DNA from: Phallusia mammillata
Lineage: Eukaryota
Length of the DNA stretch: 64,000 nt
Direction: 5' to 3'
NCBI GenBank assembly: GCA_965637545.1
Contig: OZ281494.1
Location: 32,488,001 to 32,552,000, forward strand
The notes beneath the pieces were generated by a model, which saw nothing but the letters and a program-made list of their open reading frames with translations, ran no database searches and was not told the DNA's origin. This document shows positions 43,901 through 55,900 of this stretch, in pieces. The position numbers and the translations under genes are program-made. Within the stretch, counting starts at the first letter, position 1, and every line of letters starts with the position of its first letter.

Positions 43901-46900
43901 ATTGTTCCTGCGACCACGTGACGTCACATCGATGCACAATGACGTCACAGAGAGGTCGCGAGCGCTGGAACCCGTGGAGGACCTCGACGTGTCGCTGTAT
44001 GACGTCACAATGTCGGAACAAACGTCATTGGAGGGGTTGTTCGTCGCGCGTCGGGGCGGGTCACAATTCCAGAACGGTTGCGCAAGGTCAAGGTTCAATA
44101 CGGATTCGAACCTCGGTCGCTGTTCTGTTTACGATCGTGGACGAAGACGCCCTAGAACGTCGGCCGCGAATTCTAGAATTCGGACAATCCTGGTCAACTC
44201 TACCTCCTCCCCAACCTCACAGAACAGCGCAGCATTGTCAGTGCGATTGTTGTCACTGTGATGTCACAATGCACAGCGACGGGATGGATTGGAACGACTA
44301 CGAAGGTGGGTTTTAGGCAGTAGTGGAATTCAGCCGGTTCGCACCTGTTCTATGGAACCGTTTCACGAAATTTCATGAGATCAGCGAACCGGTTAGCATT
44401 ATTGGTTACTGTCAATGGACTTTTTGTGATAGAACCGGCTGACAAAAAAATTGAATTTTACCACTGGTTTTAGGTCCTGTGCTTTGGTTTTGACGTCAGA
44501 GAGAATTCTATGACGTCATTTCACTTAGTGTATGAACGTCGTGACGTCATATGTACTAATTGCGCAATCCCTTGCTGCATTGGTTGCGGTAATCAATGCA
44601 GCAAAGGATTGCACAGACATATAACAGCGCTTAAGTTACCACAAGAGCCACAAGCCAAATAGAAGCAGCAATAAAGGTCACAGGATATACCTTAAAAGGC
44701 CAGGGTTCTTGTGGCGGTTCGTTGCCCACCCATATGTTTGCATATTAAATACAATTTAATTGTTGCGGCTGAAGCACCCTTAATCTTTTGTCGCACAGGA
44801 AGCGGAATTCAAACAAACTACAGAACTTAATTGTGGTATCACAATGACGCGGTAGCTTTTAAGTTTGCTTTTAGCCGAAGTAGGCGCTTAAACTGCATTT
44901 GCGCTAATTCTTTTGACATGTAGGTTATTAAATGTGGACCTTGATCAAGGCAGTTAAGTTTTATCGCCTTGTAAATTCATTGCATTTACTTTCGCTTTAC
45001 ATATAGTTGTTTGAAAGCTATAAAGATTAAACTTTAAACAATCTGGACTTTGCGTTAACGCTGCTCATGTTTATTGACAAACAAGTTGAAAGAACCAATC
45101 ATAAAGTGACAGCCCGACTTTAAACCGATAAACTGAAAGCGGTTTTTGCTGGTAAATTTTAGGGATAATTTTCCGCAACTTAAGTAACCTTAACTTTAGC
45201 TTCATTGCTGCATTTTCCAATGTGTTTTAACACAAGGCGTACCGAATTTAAGCTTAAAAGAGAAGACATTGCACCAAATAGAACGACGTTTAGAATGGAA
45301 GAGTATAGAGAAATTATATTCAAATATTTAATGCGATATGTCAGAAGGTTGTTGTTACAGCACATAAAAACGAGGTGTTAAAGGTGTTTGAAACGGATAA
45401 TCACTCGCTGATCTATTGCCAGGGTCAAATTTTAGACCTATGTTGTCTTTTGCATAACTACTACATAGTTTCAAACAAGTGCATTTGCAGCCGTTTTCAG
45501 AGACAAACCTGCAGTTTGTCAATAGTTTGCAAGTTTTTCTATAAAGATACAACTTGGCAAAATTGTATTTTCAGTAAGCATCGAAATTCGGAGCAGTTTC
45601 AATTGAAACACGCATTGCTCAAAAATAGTTCACTACCAACGTAATTGCTGCCGTAAGTCTGAATTAATCTCGTCAAAAACGGACGCAACGTCTAGCCCCA
45701 GGGCCAATTCAACGTCAAATAAAGCTCGCTGTGACGCATAAACGTAAATCGACCTGAAGTATTTGCAGATCGCTTGACGCTCGAACGTCAAACAGTCGAA
45801 TTTCCCAGTACCCTTTTAAATATTAACGAATTTTCCAGCAGGAGTTAGAATTTTATGAATGGTATGTGTGTTGTGGGATAGATAATTTAGACGGTGTTCC
45901 TAGAACATTCATGTGAAAGGTAAACGTACCGGCAAAGGCAAGGTCATTCAATGACAGCGATTGTTTATTGATTGAGCGCGTGAAAATAAAGCAACGAGTC
46001 ATTTTTGTCGATAATATTATTTGCAGGGTAGTTGAAATTTAGTGGCTCAGATAACGGTGCCTTGATAGTTTTATCATACTTGTATCAAATAAAGAAACTG
46101 TGCTGTTATCAAAAAGAAGTTAGAGTGCATCAGAGGCATTTTATGAACTTTTGCATTTTATGAAGTGAAGCGGTTTTAAATGTCGGAGAAAGACTGTAAA
46201 ACGCTTTTAGGGGTGTTTTTTGTTTCAGTCTCGAGCCAGACTGTGGTGTAAAGTGACCTGAAAAGGATTTTCTAAAGGGGATTTCCTAAAAATGCGGCGT
46301 TGTTGGCAGTTCAAAGTTTTGCAAGCTGCGCTTTGTACTCATTGGTATTTAAACTTCGCGGCAAAAAAGTCATTGGGCCGTGTGAGGAGCAGTTCCTCAG
46401 TAGGAAAACTGTGGTCTGCACTGCGGGGTATTTTAACGACACTCTTTATCGGGGGGTATGCCCTCTTAAAAGGGTATTTTACGGCCGGTTTGTGTTGTGT
46501 AAACATCTAGCTATACCAAGGAGCCCTTCCCTTCCCACAAACTTGTGGTATAGCCTTGAATGCGGTGTCTTATTTCACTTTTGTTGCAGGAACTCGAATT
46601 CTGTGAATTTTGCGTTGACTTGGTAATGAAACTTTGAGCGCTTAACAGCTGGAGAAGGTGAAGTGCACTATGGAATGTCTAATGACTCCATATGCGATGC
46701 AACGTTTTAGCTTTCTATTGGCGCGTAACTTCCTAATTTTTAAGGCACTTTTTTACATAGGCTTCAATCTATTTGAAAGCATTTCGTCAAAATTCTAATA
46801 CGTTCGCGATTCGTTCTAGATTCAACAATACTTTTATATTCAAGAAACCAAACATGCTAAATCTTAACCATTTAAAATCGACATTTTTTATGTACTATAG

Positions 46901-49900
46901 TGAAAATACGTTTGGGAAAATGTTACAAAAAAATGTTGTGCCAAAGTGTTGGATTTTAACAGCCAGGTGTTCGGCCAAGTCGGTTTTAGCTTCGTTGCCC
47001 CGGGCGCAGCAGATCGTGCCCTGATTTCACCGTAAGTTTGTTGTTTTGCGGCCAAATTTTGACCAAAAGGGGAATTGCGGGAAAATTTACCGACATTGGG
47101 TGTCGAGGAAAATGTACCTCAGTTATCTGGAAGAAGGTTGATAAAAGATCAAAATTTAAACATCGCATACTTGACAGCAAACGTTCATTTAGAATTTCGC
47201 AAATTAAAGTCAACGTATTAGCATTCAGGTTCTTTTGGTAATCTGTATGTCTTTTTCGGAAAAAAAACTCTTGAAAGAGTTTTATAAGTTGAACCAAGGT
47301 TGTAGACACTTTACCTTGCAAACTTATCGCATATTTAACACGACTAGCATTTAGAAAACCGATTGTCACAACATGTACGTAATCTAAAAGTCAGGTAAAA
47401 TTTGCAACTTTAAGGCGTTAAATCACACAAATTAGGAAGCAAATACAGTAAAATCGACCAAACAGTAAAAATTGTGCGCACCCAATATCCAGTCGCCACG
47501 TCACCTTAAACTTGTGAGTTTCATTTCCACGTAAAGTCAATTACAGTGAGAAAAACCAGCTGTAAATCTCGCGTTTCAAAGGAAACTGCACGCTTTGGGT
47601 GTTATCGAATTGCCTTGAATCACCAAAGCCCGCTGTACGGGGCTTAAGTTCCGCAAAAGCAAAGCCCTGAACCCGTCATTCGTTCCGTAACAAAACCTAT
47701 AATCCTACGCTTAAATCACCAAACGCACGAGACCTAATACGACCGGCTTTCCCTCATTGCAGTTCTTGGAAATTTTGAAGGCGTCGGTATTGGAAAGCTT
47801 CTTCTGTGCGTCTCTTTATCGATTGTTAAGCGCGATTCCAAGAGTCCTTTCGGTTCATTGTGCATAGATTCAAACGTGCGATCAATAACAATACAATGAT
47901 CGTGCCGTCCCGCGTTCCAACGTTCACACAAAAGAGGCACTTGTTTCGAAACAGTTTTACACACAACCCAAGCTGTCAAGAAACATAGAAGTATTTTTAC
48001 CACTTCCTCTATCTCAGCTCCGCAAGTATATGTGTATTTATATTTGTAGGAAATATTTTTTCGCCTACCCAAGTCCTGATCCATAGTAACGCATTGGAAT
48101 GATATCATTTTAGTCTTACCATCGTCTAAGCCCCACATATGGCAGGGCTTGTAATTTTATTGCAGATTTTTTCGTTATCTTAAAAACTTATACATAGCAA
48201 TGTGTATAGGGAAAATAATTTTATTACTTTTCGTTTTAAGTCCCCATACGTCGGGAAAACGATTTTTCCATATCTCCAGTCCCCCAAAAATTTGCTTCAT
48301 GCACCGTTTACCACACGTTTAATTTATGTTTTTACGTAAGCAAAGTGGTAATAGTTCGGACATGTTTTCCTAGAAACAATCACTTCATATATAGAGTTAG
48401 TGTTTATCACAATGTCAAGCAAATGCTATAAGGTCAATTGCACAACCTTGGCACATACGAACTCTTGCAAAAACAAGAGTGAAGTCTGAGTCAAAGCGGA
48501 TACACACATCATTTAAATCTGCCTATTCATATCAGTACAACTTCCTCACTGATAAACAGAATTGTGGAGCAAGAATTACTTGTCAATGCAAACCGCTGTA
48601 CGTCGGCCCTGCTGTATATAAGGCTTTCACTTGAATTTGAGCAAAGTTGTTTATGCACTTAGCAGGCATTCGTCTTACAGCAGATCGATTTACATGAAGG
48701 TCTTAAGTCGGTTATTTTGGGATTTTGTGCAATCGACAATAGAACGACAATTTACCCTTAACCAATAACACGTCCAAGTTGCATTAAAATTAGCTTTTGA
48801 AATTAATTCACCTCAATATAACGGGGATTTTAGACGCTTTTTTAAAATTTCTACAAAAACAAGCGTTTTAAAATCGTTTTAAAACGCGTATGCAACAACT
48901 TTTAGCAATTGCCACAACTTAAACAGGTTGTTTACTAAACTTCGCAGTCAACCATAAAAACACAAACGCTTTTCCACACAATGACCGATTTGTTTGTGAA
49001 ACCTCGTTGGAGAACCTCGGACTCCCTGAAGAAAAGCTTTACCAACTCCCACCGCCATGTTATAAGCAGTACCACACCACACCACATGGTACAACAGGAT
49101 GCTTGAAGGCGTCGCTACTCTATAGAGGAATACCGATTACAGTGGTTAAGATTGAAAGGACCATGCATCATTACTGCAGAACAGAGGTTGTCAGTCTTTT
49201 TTCTCTTATTAACCTATTGACAGATTTTGCAAATAAAATGTACCACCAAAGTTCCTAACCATACTAAAACACATCTATGTGACATTAAAATAGCACATAT
49301 TTGAACACAAAGCAGGCAATTCTACGAATGCAAATTGACTCTTGGGGAACAAACTCTGCTGCAAAAGCAATATTACTTACAATGGTGAAGATTGCAGAGA
49401 CGAAATATAAAACCTTTGGGAACACAACAACGATTGCAAATATTGGGATTGTTTTTCATAACACTTGCAAACAACCCTACAGAGTGTGTGCTATTGCGCT
49501 GAACAAAATGTTATGAAGGCTAAGGACCCAAAAATAACGGTTGCACTGCATAACATGTGGATATCGTAAATGTCAAGCACGAAACAAGCTAATACGGGGT
49601 CGTAAAACTTGATGTGTGTTTCGTCGAATAGGCTTTTTCATGTTTACGCTTTGCTGGGAGCGGGAAAACTGACTGTCACAGTTGGTTTGTGGAAACTAGA
49701 GCCAGTAATTTGGAAAGAAAATCCGCGAAATTGCGTCACGGCGGTGACAACAGGCGACAAATGAATCATAACTTCCGAAGGGTTGACTACGAAATCCACA
49801 CAATCGTCAGAAAGACACATCTCACATTTCACAAAAAAACTCCGCACCAGCAGGAAGCTTTACATCCCATCAGCGCGCTGTCTGTTGTCAAAACACACAC

Positions 49901-52900
49901 ACTTTAATACGAGTTCTTCCGACTGCCTATGGATACAGCGCGGTTTAATTTACTGCCAGACTGGCGCAGAATTCCTAGGAATCCTGACACTTGTTTAATG
50001 CGATTCCCAGGATCGCAGAAACAGCTGATCGCGCAAATTGCCAGTCTCGTATACAAAGTAATTTGAACAGCGCAAAGTCTAACTAGAGTTACCAGGAAAG
50101 GTGACAACCACGCTGACAGGTGCTTGGTCATTGGTATGATTAGTAGTTTGAACTTCTCTTAAAGGGACCTCGAACTCATTGTTTTGGCGGCAAACTAGAC
50201 GTGCTACTGACGACATACTCACAAAGACCACGAATTAATGATGTCAAATTCAACAAGACACGATACCATACTAAAACACAAACCTAACATTGAAGTAATA
50301 ACTAAAGAAAGTTAGTTGCGCAATATTCTATGCAAATAGATTGCCTCAGACTTGCTATAAAACCGAGGAAAGAAAAGCATGTTGTTTGAAAGCTAGTGAT
50401 TCATGGTAACAGTGTTTTAAATCGGTTGTCGTTTACCCAAGGTTTAGTTACAGCGGTAGTAGGTATTCCTGTTAAGCAGTTATTACTCCGGACGTTAACA
50501 TGTTAGCTTAAACAATAATGACTTTCACAAAAAAATCAACAATTGGTATTTCAACGTCCTCTATTTCAGAGGATTCATAATCCCCACTTGTTAACGGCAC
50601 TGGTTCTGAAAGAACTTTTAATGGTCCATGAGAGCGTATTCAAGCGTGAATATAGGTTCGTCACTGTTCCTTTTACCGGGCAGGACAATTCTCAGTAATG
50701 ACTCGCTTTCTGCGCCGCCCCCAAACCGCAACCCTTCAAACGACCTTACGCGTTACTGAGCGGCAGTAAATGTTTGACTTGGTAAGGCGAACTGGCGGGA
50801 TGCGCCGGGCATTTAAAAGGCGCCTTTGACGCACTACTGCCAACCACTCGCTCTGAACATCGCCACAGAAGTGGTCCAGAAACAAGACTGAAACGAATGG
50901 AAAGAGATCAGCTTATGCTGTAAAGTAGACTAGTTGTTTTAAAGAAATTAAGTCGTGCTTTTTATTGGGATTAGTTAGGCAGTGTTGGTGTGCATTTATG
51001 AGAACAATTAGATCGTTCAACTTTTGGGACAAGTTTTGATGCATGCAAGAAGAAAAGATTAAATTTTAAAGCGTTATTTGACAACAGATTTGCTAGTAAA
51101 GTTATCAACCACTTTGTCGTATAACTTAGTCGCGCACAAGTTGTTGAACAACAGAAGTTTTTTTTAGCATGGGGTTGTCATTCGGTACATGATAACCTTC
51201 TTTACGCATATTTGATATCTGCATTTACATTGTAGTTATATTTAAAACCGGGTAACGCATCAATACTGCTCCTTGATAATGTGACGTAGGTTGTTGGGTA
51301 AAATTAAAGAAATTGTGTCAGAGGTCAAAAACGCAGTTCCGAACCAAAGGTTTTAGGAGAGGTGTTGTGTGTATAGCACTGGGAATTACGCGTAGCAAGC
51401 AATAAACAGTGGGGCTCCCGCAAAGACCGCGTCAGACATGCTTTGTGACGTCACCATGCCTAAAAGGCTTTCAGTGACGCAGATAGTGGTTGTGGAAGAC
51501 TTATAGCGAGACCTGATGTTATAGACAAGGTGTGTTGCATTGGCGGTTTTGTGAACTTAAAGCAGGGTTCAGTCGGTACTTCGTAGCAGTTGGAGTCTGC
51601 ACAACTTTGGAAAATTCTCACATATATTTTGAATTCGGTACCATAAGATTTTGAACGCCTTGTGTTGCCGAAAACATTTTCTTACTTAAGTCGTTTTATT
51701 TCACTTTTGCAGATTCGAGCGTCTGTCGCCATAGCAACCACTGTCACTTTCCCGTCAGCAACATCAACTCTCTTCAAACACAAAACGTCAACGAATTCGT
51801 GACATCATCATCTGTACCTTCTACGTCATCATCCAACATGGCACCGTCGTTGGGCTTCATGGGCAATGAGGGTGACGTCACGGTTGCTACGCAACAGGAC
51901 TTTCAATCCGCGCCGACAAATAACAACAACACGAACTTCTGTCATTGCTGCTGTCGACGACAGTCTATGACGTCACAGCCGCGTTTGTTTCGTAACGATT
52001 TTGAAGGAAATTTCGACAAACGATTGTCCGGCGACGTTTGGCGCGGGAATGACGATTCGCCGATTGTTACAACGTCCCTGTCGCATTTTGAACTTTCGAA
52101 ACGGTTGTATGCGCGGCTAATTGCTTATTGCCACGCTAAGAAACTCCTCTCGAACATTTACTCCAGTGCAAACGAAGACCGTGAATGCGATTTTGTTTCA
52201 ACAATCCCACGTGATGAGAACCAACACTTCGGGGCCGGACTACATTCCCGCGCCGGTTTTCGGGACTCGATCCGCGGCGATAGCGACTTTATTTCCACTG
52301 GGGTCTCGGACGCCGCACAAGTGCTTTGTCATTTGGCTGGAGTGTTTGAAACCGTGGAAGAATGCCCTTGGTACTGCGGCGCCATGACGGGCCAGGAGGC
52401 CAAGATAAGACTCCGTTCAACCCCGCCTGGGACCTTCCTGCTGCGCGACAGCAGTGACTCACGGTAAGATTAAGTTTAAGATTTTGTAAGAGTTTAGAAT
52501 TAAGCACACATGAAATCCCATTAGTGGAAAGTCTGTTAAAAGTTTAAATGAATGCGAAATATGACCAAAAAGGTTTCCCTGTAAACACATTTTTAACTTT
52601 TAAAGGAAGCACACAGTTTTGGTAAAGTGTGTGCGTAAAAATAGGTTTGAAAATGTGTAAGGATCGGTGAAAATCGATTAAAAAACACTGTCAAGCAAAA
52701 TTTGCCTATAAATGAGTCCGGTATGCGCTATTCGATTAGGAAAAACAAAAACATTACCAAATAAGAACGCAAAATGAAAAATATGTTTAAAAAATTCTAG
52801 TTCGGAAAACAAAGTTTGAAGTTAACCAGTTATGACAGTAGCCAAAAACGTAAATTGGAGCGCTTTCCCGTTGCATATAAAAGTCACGTTTTCAACGAAC

Positions 52901-55900
52901 CACCTTTGTCTCGTAGTCGGACAGATCTTTTTTTAAACCATAGTAACCTCTACTTCGCGGAACTTTCGGCCACTTTGTGCAAGAGCTGAGTGAGAGTTTT
53001 CTAGGAAATGGACCGCCTGCGGTTTAGAATGCCGCGTTTGTTAGAAGGTCTGTTGCCATGACGTAAATCTATGTCCAAACGGTTTTAGAATATCAAGGCG
53101 ATTCCTTGTTAGAGGATGCCAATTTAAATTTTTCATTAGAGTTTGAAGCCCAACAAGACAGAGTCGCATTAAATACAACATAGGCAATCCCAAGAATCAA
53201 AAGTTTCTTGCAAGACGTTTTTCCCTCTCAAAGCCTTTGGTATTTAAGAAAGGAATAAATTAACAAAATATTATGTACCTGATTAAAACCGACCATTAGG
53301 TCCTGGTCTATTTATAATTTTTGAAATTAAAATCCCTAACCCAAATGGTTACAGTACCTGAATCAAAGGCAACATGCTCCAATTGGTAAAGCTCTCTTAA
53401 AACAGTGGCTAAAACTTCTAAAATGAGCACCACAGAGCCGTTTTTTTCGATAGGGTTGTCCCTTCTAAAAATATGCGCCTGTGGTTTCGCCAAGTTGTGA
53501 TTAGGGTTTGTCATTGCTGAGTTCAGGATGGAAAGCTTGATTTTATCGGTTTAAGTTGCCTCAAATCGCAAACATTGCGGTTGTGTCTTCTAGGAATAAA
53601 CCAGCAAATGTTCACAGCGTATAGAAGCGCCTAAGTCAAAGTTTTTTTTAGGGTATTATAAATATGAAACTTTTTTAAACGATTTGGGGTTAGTGTGTCA
53701 AAGAATCATGGTGGCAAAACTTGTGTTTAAAAGCTGTCAAGAAAAAAACGAGAAACGGTTCATAGAACGTTGGCTTTAAAACTAGGCATTTGTAATGCAA
53801 AAGCGTATGTAGGCAATTGTAAATTTGAAAAAAAAACATAATATCCCCAAGATAGGCAGTAAATCTGATCCCAGGTGGTTAGTTGTACAGCCGATTGCTT
53901 GAAATTAAACGTTTAAGCGCGATAAAACGGATCAGTTTTGTGTCAAAAAGCCAGAAAACGATTAATCTAAATATACATTGCAGAAAAATCGAAATTGACA
54001 CGTCATGTATGGACATTATCAATATGCGTAATCCGACGTTTTCCAAGAACGGTTGCATATGTTTCCAAATTCTGGACCGATTAGGAAATTTTGGTGTGAA
54101 TATAGACGCGTATCCAGTCAAGGAGTGGGAATTAATATGGTGAGCAGCTTGGCTCCTTACTAGGAAACCCGATTCATAGGCCGTAAATATTGCGAAAACG
54201 TTCGAGAATAATTCCTTCCACTTGTCCACAAAGGTCGCACGCAATGGGGAGAGCGAAGCACTAAATGTCCCGCGCTCATATCACGAGCGTGACCTTGAAA
54301 TGATCTCAAGGTCACTTCTCTCTGATCGACGTCCAGCTTTCAACGTAAAACATCGACACCGCGCTGTTGCTCTCACGTTTTAAAAATTTCGAACTTTTTT
54401 CCTGGAACGCCGATATGTCGCACCTGACATTTGTTCCAGTTTTACGAAGTCGCCCGCGGTTTTAAGTCGCGTCTTCCTTTTCAGTTGCAGAAAGTGGTGA
54501 TTAGTGGTTGCTTGCGACTTTCTATTGTAGTGTCAGTCTACCTGGAAAGGTTCCCATGTCCTGAGTTTTTCGTACAATTGACATCTCGTAGAACCGCTTT
54601 AATTACCAAACATCACGAATTCGGTAATTGTAGTGGTTACTTTTTCCGAAAACCCGTTTTTTTACTGAAAAAAAAAAACCAAAACCAGTAAATGTGAAGG
54701 ATTTCCCACAAATGAGGTGGGAAAGGCCAAGTTTTCCAGAAAATCTTGACTTGTTTCTGGAAATCTGACGCTTATTGGCACTTCTACTAGGAAATAATTG
54801 CGTATTGGCAGGCAGCACTTCAAAGGCTGTCATTAATCATGTGGATTACAATTGAGCCAAGTATTTCGTGTTCTCATAACGCTTAATTGGCCATGATTTC
54901 CGGTGACACGGCAAATTCAGTCATTGGCCAGTTTTGTTTTCGTTAATACTTATTTTGACAAGTATTATTATTAGGGTTTTGTTTCTGGGCAAATATGTGT
55001 CTACTACATAAATGTTTTAACCCCGAAACCGTAACACGGAACAAACTTCACAAAAGCACAGTTTTGTTCGTGCTTCTTCTTGCGAATGGAATACTAAAAA
55101 TCTAAAAAAAATTATTCAATATTTTCAATGTAGTGGCCATGATTTGTAATTCAAAGAGTGATAAATGAGATATTCGGGGAGTCAGGACGTTGGGTTTAAG
55201 TTCGAAATAACGTAGTGAATCAATCTCCACTTTTCGCTTTTCGAGGAAAGACGAATCAAAGCTTATTAAAGCGACGCCTCAAAAAGGTTGCGGTTTGGTG
55301 GTGTTATGTAACTGACGTTTCTGAGAAAATGGTTGTGTAACTTCCAAAGTCACGTGGTTTCGCAGACGGCCAATCATACTCTTTCGCGTTCTCAAAGTCA
55401 AGGTTGACATCAAACACTTTAAATACTGGATTGGGTTTTGCTGTCTGGCAATTACACTTGGCTGATGAGTGATTAAATTTTGATTTGTTTTGCCTGGGTA
55501 TACCAACGTAATTAAAGTTTCACGACAAATTTGCATAAACTTTAAAAAAGTTCCACTTATGTTTCGGTTGCGTTGGACGATAGTTTCCCTGTTATACAGA
55601 AACCCCCGCTACGTGCACGTGCACCGTGATATACAGTTGCAGGGAAAATAACACCGAATTTGTGTTCGTTTGATCGCTCAAGCAGTGCTAGGGGAAATGC
55701 CACGCTCGAAATAGATAGGAATTGTATCCGTTTACCGTTTGATCGCATCGCAAAGTGCAAAAACAACTTTCTCGATCTCGAATGCAAGCCAGGGAGTTCC
55801 CCGCTTTTCCGCGAAATTGTGAATAAACTGTTGAAACATCAAGCGTAAAAATTTGATTCGATCGCAGATTCCAAACACGCAGAGATTTAAACAAGATATG

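Noticed and set aside
43287-44261. Overlapping ORFs in other frames and on the antisense strand (76-158 aa) within SOCS exon 2
   Set aside because: Expected in a locally GC-rich, palindrome-rich exon with few stop codons; no recognisable domain or independent splice signals.
47734-48138. 134-aa minus-strand ORF in a SOCS intron
   Set aside because: No recognisable motif, mixed composition and no supporting splice structure; probably chance, though a BLAST search would settle it.
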